A DNA stretch of 48,005 nucleotides from positions 1-48,005 of the forward strand of contig JBGCFM010000045.1 in assembly GCA_045106895.1 (NCBI GenBank). The letters run 5' to 3'. This document shows, piece after piece, positions 30,252 to 38,875 of the stretch. The position numbers were made by a program, and so were the translations under genes. Numbering within the stretch: position 1 is the stretch's first letter; every line of letters begins with the position of its first letter. The notes under the pieces are model-generated. The model did no database searches and was not told the origin of the DNA. It saw nothing but the letters and a program-made list of their open reading frames with translations. The stretch comes from Polyangiales bacterium (GTDB lineage: Bacteria > Myxococcota_A > Polyangia > Polyangiales > Houyiibacteriaceae).

Positions 30252-32078
30252 ATGGCGGAGCCTCTTGTGGGAACCGCTGAGTGGTTCGCGTCCGTGCTCA
30301 ACGCGCTGGATGAATTCGTTCTGGTGAAGGGTGACCGCTCCAAGCTCCTCTGGGCCAACCGAGCGTTCTGCGAGTACTACGGCATGGACAACGCGACCTT
30401 GGCGTCGCTCGTTGACGCGGAGCACAGCGACCCGGACGACACGCTTCAATACGTTCGCGACGACCACGAGGTCTGGACCACCGGCAAGCCCGTCGAAGTC
30501 ACCGAACCGGTCACACGTCACGACGGCGTCGTGCGTTACTACGAGACGATCAAGCGCGCCGTCCGCGACGAGGGGGACACCGTCCTCACTGTTGGCATCT
30601 CACGCCCCGCCGGCGACGCTGACGCGAGCGAATCAGAACTCTCACGCCTGGAACGAAAAGAATCCAGTGAAGTTCTCCGCTCCCTCGTCGCGACGTTTCC
30701 AGGGAACGTGGTGGTCGTGGACGCCAAGCAGCGCATCGTCGCCGCGAGCCGGGACTTTGCCGAGCTCGTTGAGGGGTCTGCGGAGAGCATCCGGGGCCAG
30801 GAGCTGGAGGCACTTTTCCGAGTGGCACCAGAGCAGCAGGACCACGTCATGGCCGCAGCCTCTCAAACGGCAGAGGTTTCATTGAACGACGTTGCGCTTC
30901 TTGGACACGAACGCTTCTTCGATATTCGCGTGGCACCTTGGCATCTTCCGGGCGGGCAAAAAGTAGGGATGATGATGACGTTGACGGAAGTCACGCAACT
31001 TCGCGCTTCGGAGCGACGGCTGGCGGAAGAGCGCAAAGCGCTGCAGTCCATCATCGACTTGATGGAGGTCGGCGTCGCCACCCTCGACGAAGAAGGCGGG
31101 TTTGCGCTGTGGAACCCCGCGGCGACGAGACTGACCGGCGTTCTGCCACTTCGCGCCGATATCCCCGATTGGGGCAAGCTCTTCGGCACTTACGACCAGA
31201 ATGGCGTTCTAATTCCTGGCGAGACGCTACCCCTCGCCCGCGCTTTTGAGGGCGAGCGCGTAGACCACGAAGTTCTCATGATTCGCAACGAGGCCTTGGG
31301 GCACGAACGATGGCTCACGGTCTCCGCCGCGCCGGTCAAGAACGTCAATGGCCACGCTGCCGTCGCCGTGTTCACGGACATTACGAGTCGCATCGAAGTT
31401 CAGCACGAGCTTGAGCAGTTCGCCTTTGTGGCCTCCCACGACCTGCAAGAACCGCTGCGCATGGTTCAGAGCTATGTCGGCCTGCTCGCTGAAGAATACG
31501 GAGACAAGCTCGACGAGGACGCCGCCCAATACATGCACTTCGCCCTCGATGGAGCGAATCGTATGCAGAACCTGATACGCGACCTCCTTGTGTTTTCGAG
31601 GGTGGGCAAGCGCTCGCTGTCTTATGAATCCACAAACCTGATGGACACTCTCGAGACGGTCCGGAGAGACCTCGGCAGTACACTCCTTGAGACCGAGGGC
31701 GAGCTTCATATCGAAGCGTTGCCAACGCTAGTCGCGGACGCGTCCCAGCTTGTCCGGCTCTTCGAGAACTTGGTCAGCAACGGCCTGAAGTTCTCTCGCC
31801 CCGGCGTCGCGCCGAAGGTCGATATTCGCGCGACTGAGCAAGGCGAGTACTGGCGCTTCGAGGTTGAAGACAACGGCATCGGCATCGACCCCGCGTACTC
31901 CGACAAGGTCTTCAACATGTTTCACCGACTCAACCCCATGAGCCGATACCCGGGGACCGGCATCGGCCTCGCCATCTGCAAACGCATCGTGACGCGTCAT
32001 GGCGGCGCGATGGGTCTCGGCGAAAAGAAGGGCGAGGGCAGCCTCTTCTGGTTTACCCTCCCGAACAAACCTGTCTGA
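30252..32078 (+). CDS. Multi-PAS cytoplasmic histidine kinase (Cph1-type transmitter)
   Basis: Three PAS-like segments; ASHDLQEPLRMV, NLVSNGLKF, DNGIGI, GTGIGLAICKRIV. Confidence 0.93.
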   Translation: MAEPLVGTAEWFASVLNALDEFVLVKGDRSKLLWANRAFCEYYGMDNATLASLVDAEHSDPDDTLQYVRDDHEVWTTGKPVEVTEPVTRHDGVVRYYETIKRAVRDEGDTVLTVGISRPAGDADASESELSRLERKESSEVLRSLVATFPGNVVVVDAKQRIVAASRDFAELVEGSAESIRGQELEALFRVAPEQQDHVMAAASQTAEVSLNDVALLGHERFFDIRVAPWHLPGGQKVGMMMTLTEVTQLRASERRLAEERKALQSIIDLMEVGVATLDEEGGFALWNPAATRLTGVLPLRADIPDWGKLFGTYDQNGVLIPGETLPLARAFEGERVDHEVLMIRNEALGHERWLTVSAAPVKNVNGHAAVAVFTDITSRIEVQHELEQFAFVASHDLQEPLRMVQSYVGLLAEEYGDKLDEDAAQYMHFALDGANRMQNLIRDLLVFSRVGKRSLSYESTNLMDTLETVRRDLGSTLLETEGELHIEALPTLVADASQLVRLFENLVSNGLKFSRPGVAPKVDIRATEQGEYWRFEVEDNGIGIDPAYSDKVFNMFHRLNPMSRYPGTGIGLAICKRIVTRHGGAMGLGEKKGEGSLFWFTLPNKPV

Positions 32079-32092
32079 GATAGGACGTTGCC

Positions 32093-32536
32093 GTGACCGA
32101 ATACCCTGTCGAAATTCTCCTCGTTGAAGACAACCCCGGCGACGTGTTGCTAACGCAGAAGGCGTTTGAGGCGAGCAAGCTGCTAAATCGGCTACACGTC
32201 GTGGGCGACGGAGAGGCGGCCCTCAGCTTTCTTCGCCGGGAGCCGCCGTTTGAAGATGCTGTGCGGCCAGACTTAGTGCTCCTCGACATCAACCTTCCGA
32301 AGCTAAGTGGGCCCGAAGTCCTCCAGTCCGTAAAAGCCGACCCGGACCTTCGCGTGATTCCTGTTGTGATGTTGACGAGCTCGGATCGAGACAGCGACGT
32401 CCGCCAAGCCTACGACCAACACGTCAACTCCTACATCACGAAGCCGCCCTCGTTTTCTGCGCTCATGGAGGTCATCAGGAACTTGGAAAATTACTGGTTC
32501 GTCGTGGTGAAGCGGCCGCCGGAAGACGATGAGTAG
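32093..32536 (+). CDS. Single-domain response regulator (Rcp1/CphA-cognate type)
   Basis: ILLVEDNPGD, PDLVLLDINLP, VVMLTSS, NSYITKP, C-terminal YW. Confidence 0.93.
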   Translation: MTEYPVEILLVEDNPGDVLLTQKAFEASKLLNRLHVVGDGEAALSFLRREPPFEDAVRPDLVLLDINLPKLSGPEVLQSVKADPDLRVIPVVMLTSSDRDSDVRQAYDQHVNSYITKPPSFSALMEVIRNLENYWFVVVKRPPEDDE

Positions 32537-32554
32537 CCAGCGTCAGCGTCCAGC

Positions 32555-32977
32555 TTAGTAGTCGTCACTTGAGGCGGGGTTGAGTGCGCGCGAAGCGTCG
32601 CGGCCCACGAGGGGCTTGACGATGTAGTCGACGACGAAGGGGTGCTCGAGGACGAGGAGCCGCTGCGGGTCCGACGCGCTTCCAGTCAGTACGTAGACAC
32701 GTGGTGCCTCGACGTGCAGTGGCAGAACACGACTGAGCTCCTTTAGGAACTCAACGCCGCCCATGACGGGCATACGAAGGTCGAGGAAGACGACGCCGGG
32801 AATCGCGTGGTTTCCTTCGAGTCGCTGTTCAATGGACTTCAGCGCTTCCAACCCGTTCTTGGACTTCAGCACCGTCGTGACTTGTCCCTCGGTCTCCAAG
32901 AGGTGCACGGCGAGTTGTAAGTCCGCTTGGCAGTCATCGACAACCATCGCCAGCGTCGTTGAAGAAGCAGGGGCCAT
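32555..32977 (-). CDS. Single-domain response regulator
   Basis: VVDD, VFLDLRMPVMGG, VLTGS, YIVKPL; start uncertain. Confidence 0.85.
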   Translation of the reverse strand: MAPASSTTLAMVVDDCQADLQLAVHLLETEGQVTTVLKSKNGLEALKSIEQRLEGNHAIPGVVFLDLRMPVMGGVEFLKELSRVLPLHVEAPRVYVLTGSASDPQRLLVLEHPFVVDYIVKPLVGRDASRALNPASSDDY

Positions 32978-33075
32978 GGTGGTGTGTACGACGGAAAAGT
33001 GCGCACCTGTAGTGTCTAAATCGACTCGACGCCGCTCCCCTAAAGGACGGTCGAAAGGCACCGTTTCATCGCAGT

Positions 33076-34623
33076 GTGAGCGCGAAGGAGCCAGAGGAGT
33101 TGCGGCGAGCGAGGCGCATCGCAAACGAACGTCTCGGCCAGATCGAGTTGATGGAAGAGCTCTCCGGCGTTGGATATTGGCGCGTCACCGTTTCCGGCGC
33201 GATGACCTGGTCTCCTGCGGCGTTTCGTGTTCATGGACGCGACATCGCTGATGGGCACCCTTCCCTTGAAGATGCGATTCAGCTCTATCATGTCAAAGAT
33301 CGTCGTCGCGTCGCCAAGTGTCTCCACCGGGCCTTCGAGGAAGGCGGGGGCTACGCGTTTCGAGCTCGAATTCAGGGAGCGGACGGTGCACTCCGAACGG
33401 TATCTTCCGCCGGCCGATGCGAATGCGATGCGAACGGTTCCGTTCTCGGAATCGTCGGCATCGTCCAAGATGTGACGGAACAAGCCGAAATGAAACGCAC
33501 GCGCGCGCGCCTTGAACGCGATGATCGCTTGGTCGGGCTCGGCCGTCTCGCTGCAGGCGTCGCCCACGAGATCAACAATCCGCTCGCGTATGTCGAGATC
33601 AACCTGCGCGCGCTGAAGCTCGATGCACGAGAGACACTCGCCAGCGCTCCTGAATGGCGCGACGCGCTCCAGGACTGCCTCGACGGAGTCGAACGAATCC
33701 AGACCATCGTCTCGGAACTCGATACGTTTGGCCGGCCTGCCCTGGACGCAGAGGTTCACAGCCTCAACGACATCGCCGCCGACGCGGCCCGATTGGCGCG
33801 CTCCCAGCTGAACATCACCACGGAGCTCCGCCTTCACTTGGGAGAGCCCTCCTACATCAAGGGCGACAAACGACGCCTCGCGCAAGTCGTGCTCAACTTG
33901 ATTCGCAACGCGGACCAGGCGCTGGCCCCACATCCCGGCCGCGTTGAGGTCTTCACCCAGCCTCATGAGGGTCAGGCCTGGCTGGAGGTCACGGACAACG
34001 GACCGGGGGTACCGCCGGAGCTGCGGCAGCGCATCTTTGAGCCCTTCTTTACGACGAAGGCCCGGAGCAAGGGGACCGGTTTGGGCCTGGCCTTGTCCGC
34101 CGAGATCATGCGGCGTCATTCCGGCGAACTCTCCCTCGTCCATCGAGGTTCCTTCGGCGCCTGCTTTCGCCTTGTGATGCCGGAGGTGAAAGTGGGTGCG
34201 CAGCTGGAGAAGCTCCCGTCCATCCCGCCTCTTCGCAAGGCGCGTATTCTCATCGTCGACGACGAGGAGGCGCTCCTCAGCGCATATCGACGTCTACTCC
34301 AGCCAAACCACACCCTTGAGACCGCCGGAAGTGGCGGGTGTGCGATCGAGATCCTGGAGACCCACACCAACTTCGACCTCATCATCTGCGACCTGATGAT
34401 GCCGGGCATGGACGGCCCCACGTTCTTCGACGCGGTCCAAGCTCGCTGGCCGCACCTGGTAGGACGCATGGTCTTCTCGTCAGGCGCCGCGATGAGTGAA
34501 CGAGCACGTTTGTTCGCCGACAAGGTGGGCAATCACTGCGTCTCCAAACCGATCCGGCCTGCCGAACTCGAGGAGATTCTCGCCAAGGTGGAGGGCGGCG
34601 AATGCCTCCAGATGAGCGCCTGA
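33076..34623 (+). CDS. Hybrid histidine kinase (PAS-HisKA-HATPase-REC)
   Basis: PAS_3-like N-terminus, [35 protein letters not shown], receiver LIVDDE...CDLMMP...KP. Confidence 0.93.
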   Translation: MSAKEPEELRRARRIANERLGQIELMEELSGVGYWRVTVSGAMTWSPAAFRVHGRDIADGHPSLEDAIQLYHVKDRRRVAKCLHRAFEEGGGYAFRARIQGADGALRTVSSAGRCECDANGSVLGIVGIVQDVTEQAEMKRTRARLERDDRLVGLGRLAAGVAHEINNPLAYVEINLRALKLDARETLASAPEWRDALQDCLDGVERIQTIVSELDTFGRPALDAEVHSLNDIAADAARLARSQLNITTELRLHLGEPSYIKGDKRRLAQVVLNLIRNADQALAPHPGRVEVFTQPHEGQAWLEVTDNGPGVPPELRQRIFEPFFTTKARSKGTGLGLALSAEIMRRHSGELSLVHRGSFGACFRLVMPEVKVGAQLEKLPSIPPLRKARILIVDDEEALLSAYRRLLQPNHTLETAGSGGCAIEILETHTNFDLIICDLMMPGMDGPTFFDAVQARWPHLVGRMVFSSGAAMSERARLFADKVGNHCVSKPIRPAELEEILAKVEGGECLQMSA

Positions 34624-34802
34624 TGACCATCGCTCATCGACTGAGCACCCAAGGAGCGACGCTCGAGCTCGAGATGTGCGTTCTGGGTTCCGTAAGCGAC
34701 GACGTCCAGGGGACGCTCCGCAACCTTCGACTCGTGGCGGCGACGCTGAAAGAACTCGCAGCGGAGCTTGTTGCCTGCGCGGAGCAGGAAGCGCGCCGAT
34801 GA
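34602..34802 (+). CDS. Small (66 aa) helical protein, possible His-phosphotransfer mini-protein
   Basis: GGAGG 7 nt before ATG 34602; overlaps both neighbouring genes (ATGA overlap downstream); single His in IAHRLSTQGATL. Confidence 0.6.
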   Translation: MPPDERLMTIAHRLSTQGATLELEMCVLGSVSDDVQGTLRNLRLVAATLKELAAELVACAEQEARR

Positions 34803-35953
34803 GTCTTCAGATTGTCATTGTGGACGATGACGCAGCCTTTCGGGACGCGCTCTCCCGCCACTTTTTGGCGCTGGGGCATTCGCCCGTGAGCTTCCCTTCT
34901 GTCAAGCGTTGCTTGCCCCATCTCGCTCGCGCTCGCGTCGATCTGATCACGTTAGACTTGGATATGCCGCAGATCGGCGGGATGACGCTCCTTTCGGCCT
35001 TACACAAGAAGGGTCACAAGTTGCCCATCCTCGTGATCAGCGGGAGAGCCCCCCGCGACCACCTCCGCACAATTCGCGGGATGGGGGCGCAATTCTTAGC
35101 GAAACCATTTCACCCGAGCGCGCTGAAGGACGCCGTCGCCCGTGCGCTCGGGGAGTCGGAGTCGTCGGCGGAGTCTCCGCTGATTTCATCTCCGCCCGAC
35201 TCCGGAGTTCAGCCGGCGGCGAAGATGCGTACTACGGTGCGAGAGCGCCTCCATAACGCGACGCTCCCCACCGTCGACCCGCGGCTCGCGTCGATTCAGG
35301 GAATGCTCATGCGGCCCGACGCCCCGTCGTTTGAGGTGCTCGGAGAGTCTCTGGGCGAAGATCCACGTCTTGTGGCTGCGGTCTTGCGGATGGCGAATAA
35401 CACCGAGTACCGGGGCACCAGTCCGACAACGACCCTGGGTGCGGCGATGGCGCGCCTCGGAGCGAAGGAGGTCGTCGCCATCGCCCTTGAGGTGCTCGTT
35501 CATGGGACCTTCAGCGTGAAGGAGCGCGCGCTTCGTTTCTCCCTCGACAGCAGCTGGGAGAAGTCCGTTGCGTGCGCCCACGCGGCGAAGAAGCTGGCGG
35601 CACTCACCGAGCGGCTCGACCCCGATGAGGCGTATGTCTTCGGGCTCCTTCACGACGTCGGGCGCCTCGCCGTTTACGCTTGCCTGGATGGTCTTCGTCT
35701 CAGCTCCGAAGACGTGCAGATGTACGTCGACAAGTACCACGAGAAAGTAGGCGCGCGGATGCTCGGCGACTGGGGCATGCCGCAGGTGCTGGTGTCCCTG
35801 GCGCGGGAGCATCATGACCCCGTGACTATGACGGACGAGGCAGCGCTTATCACGCTGGCTCACGAGGTCGTCTCCGACGAAGGTCCAACCAGCATAGAGT
35901 TGATGGAGCGCCTCGGACTTGCCATCGATCGGGTTGAGGCGCTCGTCGCGTAG
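34799..35953 (+). CDS. REC-HDOD domain signalling protein
   Basis: IVDDD...DLDMP...KPF, then HDOD: DPRLVAAVLRMAN, AMARLG, GLLHDVG, HEKVGARMLGDWGMP, EHH. Confidence 0.9.
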   Translation: MSLQIVIVDDDAAFRDALSRHFLALGHSPVSFPSVKRCLPHLARARVDLITLDLDMPQIGGMTLLSALHKKGHKLPILVISGRAPRDHLRTIRGMGAQFLAKPFHPSALKDAVARALGESESSAESPLISSPPDSGVQPAAKMRTTVRERLHNATLPTVDPRLASIQGMLMRPDAPSFEVLGESLGEDPRLVAAVLRMANNTEYRGTSPTTTLGAAMARLGAKEVVAIALEVLVHGTFSVKERALRFSLDSSWEKSVACAHAAKKLAALTERLDPDEAYVFGLLHDVGRLAVYACLDGLRLSSEDVQMYVDKYHEKVGARMLGDWGMPQVLVSLAREHHDPVTMTDEAALITLAHEVVSDEGPTSIELMERLGLAIDRVEALVA

Positions 35954-35958
35954 CGGCT

Positions 35959-36522
35959 CTAATCCGCGACCTTCGCGGAGTCCTCAAGGTCGCTCCGTGT
36001 CAAACGAGGCGTCATCGGTACACGCAGGCGCACACACTCTTCATCGAAGTGGAGCGTCGGAGGCCCCGCATCGAGGAAGAAGATGTCCAACGTTGCGACG
36101 CGCTCTGGCACGGCTCGCGTGAAGCTCAGCGCGTCTCGAATCGCCCAGCGCAGGCCTGTGCGTTCCGGTGCCATCGCCGCGTTGACCTTTTTCATGAGCT
36201 GACGTTCCACGAGCGCGGGTACGTTGCTGAGATCGATGGCTTCGAGCTCAAGCTGAAGGGTGAGGTGTGTGCCATCGGCAATATCGACAGCGGCCGTCGC
36301 ACGCAGCTCCCGAATCTGAAACGAAAGGGGGACGTCAAGGGCGGTCCAGCGGAACGCGCCGTCACAAACGAGCCGAAGTCCCCGCTTTGTGATGCTCGTC
36401 TCTCGTGGGCCCGAGAGCTCCACCCAGCGCTCGCCATCGTCGGAGAGATTCACCCGCAGAGGCGTTGCTCGGTCCACCAGTCGTTCGATGGCGGAAAGAT
36501 CGATGTTGGCTTCGAGATGCAT
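35959..36522 (-). CDS. Hypothetical protein
   Basis: 187-aa ORF filling the gap between convergent/divergent neighbours, with alternating beta-strand pattern; no family recognised. Confidence 0.7.
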   Translation of the reverse strand: MHLEANIDLSAIERLVDRATPLRVNLSDDGERWVELSGPRETSITKRGLRLVCDGAFRWTALDVPLSFQIRELRATAAVDIADGTHLTLQLELEAIDLSNVPALVERQLMKKVNAAMAPERTGLRWAIRDALSFTRAVPERVATLDIFFLDAGPPTLHFDEECVRLRVPMTPRLTRSDLEDSAKVAD

Positions 36523-36611
36523 GAGGGGTCTCGAATGTCTCACCCCTAGGCTAGAGTCCGCAACTCTGAACAGCCCAGAAACCGCCAAGTGCGAACAACC
36601 TAGGAGCCCCC

Positions 36612-36986
36612 ATGGACATCAAAGAAATCGGAAACAAGCTAGTCGCGTTTTGCAAAGAGGGTAAGAACCTGGAATCGGTCCAGACGCTCTACGCGGACGA
36701 TGTCGTGTCCGTCGAAGCGGGCCCACCCCCTTCCGGCGGAGACCAGACGACGACCGGCAAGGACGCTGTGCTCGGCAAGGGCAAGTGGTGGACGGAGAAT
36801 CACGAGATTCACTCCAGTGAAGTGGAGGGGCCTTTTCCTCATGGCGAAGACCGCTTCGCCGTCATCTTTCGCTACGACGTGACGAACAAGCCGTCGAAGA
36901 TGCGCATTCAAATGAACGAAGTGGGCGTGTTCACCTGTGCTGATGGCAAAGTGACGAAGGAAGAGTTCTTTTACTCGATGGGCTGA
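36612..36986 (+). CDS. SnoaL-like / NTF2-family protein
   Basis: LYADDVVSVEA, GKDAVLGK, GPFPHG.DRFAV, EVGVFT..DGKVTKEEFFY; RBS AGGAG. Confidence 0.88.
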   Translation: MDIKEIGNKLVAFCKEGKNLESVQTLYADDVVSVEAGPPPSGGDQTTTGKDAVLGKGKWWTENHEIHSSEVEGPFPHGEDRFAVIFRYDVTNKPSKMRIQMNEVGVFTCADGKVTKEEFFYSMG

Positions 36987-37016
36987 GCTTCGATCGCGGC
37001 GTGCGGCGGCGTCCGG

Positions 37017-38834
37017 CTAGTTCGACGTCGCTCGCAGATCGATCTCAAGGAGAGCGGCCTCACCCCATCGCGCTTCGTTGATGAACTCGCGCCGGTCTTC
37101 CTGCTCAGCGCCGTAGATCACAAGCTCCATGAGCTCGTCGCGCTGGAGCCCCTCAAGGCGCACCTCCGGCGAGCCGCCGAGCACTTGAAACACCTTCGCT
37201 CCCGGTGGCGAAGAGACGACGCGAACGCAGCCGTCGCCGGCCACATTTCCGCTTGTTACGCCGTCTTCGCCGGCTGAATCTTCGCTGGCTGAGCCGTCCA
37301 GGACAACACCGAGTTCATACGTTGGAACACCATCGAGCTGTGGCCAGTCCGCGTTCGCTGGGACGTCCGCGAAGCTCCGGTGCTCGCCATCGTCGACCAA
37401 GAAAACCAGCGCGGCGCCCGGGTTCAACCCTTCGACGCGCGCCGGTGAGCGGCCGACGAAGAGAGCCGCGTGCATCCCCTCGTCGAGCTTGAGGACAAGT
37501 TCCCCCAAAACCGGCTCTGGCGCGATGGGCTCCGGCGGAGCTTCGGGCTCCGTGAGTCCAAGTCGGACGCCAACATCTTGCCGCAGCGAGGGCGTAAACC
37601 AGACGATCAAGCCTGCGACAACGAGGAGCGCGACAACGATCAGCGGCAATCGCTTACGGCCGCGAATGTTCGACAAGAGCTCTGCGTCCCCAGGGAGATC
37701 AGGAGAACCGTCCCGGCGAAAGCGAACCGTCGGCGCAGCTCGTTCGATGGCCACGATCTCGCTAGCGTGCATGGAGAAGGACGCTGCGGAACCATCCCCG
37801 TCCACGGATACGTCGACGTCGAGTTCGGCGTCGAAGCCGCCGGCGCGGGTGTCTCGGATGAGTTCGTTCTTTTCAGCGAACTCCTCTTCGAAGAGCAGCT
37901 TCATCCAATCGCCGAGCTCCGAGCTGCCGATCTTCTTGCCTTCACTCTTCGCCCACGCTCGCAGGGCTTGGGCCATCTCTTCGGCCGTTGCGTAGCGGTC
38001 ATTCGGATCCCGCTCGAGGGCCTTGAGTACGATGGGGTCGATGGACGCAGGTACCCACGGACGAATACTGGAGGGGGGCTCAATGTCATCGAAGAGAACC
38101 GCCGAGAGCGTCGCGCCTTCGTTGTCGCGCCGGAAGAGCCGTTTCAGCACCAGCGTCTCCCAAAGACAGACGCCAAGACCCCACACATCTGCGCGCCGGT
38201 CGATCTCTTCGTTCCGCAGCTGCTCCGGCGCGATGTACGCAAACTTCCCTTTGATCTTGGCGACCTGAGTTTCGTGGTGACGGTTCGCCGCTTTGGCTAC
38301 GCCGAAGTCGACGAGCTTTACCGCGCCATCAAAGGTCACAACGATGTTCTCCGGGGACACATCGCGATGCACGACATCGAGGGGAGCTCCATCTCGCCCG
38401 AGCAGCTCGTGGGCATGGTGCAGACCCTCGGCGGCAGCGGCGGCGATGTGTGCCGCGAGGGAAGGAAGCGCGCGCATGTCTTCATGCTGGCGGCGCTTGG
38501 CGATGCGCCGCCCGAAGCGCGAGAGCGACTCCCCGGAGAGGTACTCCATCGCGATATAGGGGCGACCTTCGTCCTCGCCGAAGTCGAGCGTCGTGCAGAT
38601 GTTCGGGTGGTTGAGGTACGAAAGAATCGTCGCCTCGTCCAAGAACATGTCCATGAACATCTCTTCTTGGGAGAGATGAGAATGGACCACTTTGATGGCG
38701 ACGATGCGTTCTACGCCGCGCGCATGAACGGTACGCGCCAGGTAGATCGCGGCCATCCCGCCCGTAGCGATTCGTGAGCAAAGCTCATAAGGCCCCAGTC
38801 GCGGGGGGCTTGTGCGTTTGGGCGCCGGCTCCAA
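37017..38834 (-). CDS. Membrane-anchored Hanks-type Ser/Thr protein kinase
   Basis: IATGGMA, VAIK, HRDVSPEN, DFG, YIAPE, DVWGLG, a TM helix, extracytoplasmic domain with PEGA-like VVSSPPGAKV. Start uncertain. Confidence 0.93.
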   Translation of the reverse strand: MEPAPKRTSPPRLGPYELCSRIATGGMAAIYLARTVHARGVERIVAIKVVHSHLSQEEMFMDMFLDEATILSYLNHPNICTTLDFGEDEGRPYIAMEYLSGESLSRFGRRIAKRRQHEDMRALPSLAAHIAAAAAEGLHHAHELLGRDGAPLDVVHRDVSPENIVVTFDGAVKLVDFGVAKAANRHHETQVAKIKGKFAYIAPEQLRNEEIDRRADVWGLGVCLWETLVLKRLFRRDNEGATLSAVLFDDIEPPSSIRPWVPASIDPIVLKALERDPNDRYATAEEMAQALRAWAKSEGKKIGSSELGDWMKLLFEEEFAEKNELIRDTRAGGFDAELDVDVSVDGDGSAASFSMHASEIVAIERAAPTVRFRRDGSPDLPGDAELLSNIRGRKRLPLIVVALLVVAGLIVWFTPSLRQDVGVRLGLTEPEAPPEPIAPEPVLGELVLKLDEGMHAALFVGRSPARVEGLNPGAALVFLVDDGEHRSFADVPANADWPQLDGVPTYELGVVLDGSASEDSAGEDGVTSGNVAGDGCVRVVSSPPGAKVFQVLGGSPEVRLEGLQRDELMELVIYGAEQEDRREFINEARWGEAALLEIDLRATSN

Positions 38835-38875
38835 CGACGAAACAGTACCAAGCTCCGCCCTCAGCGTCGCCGCTA

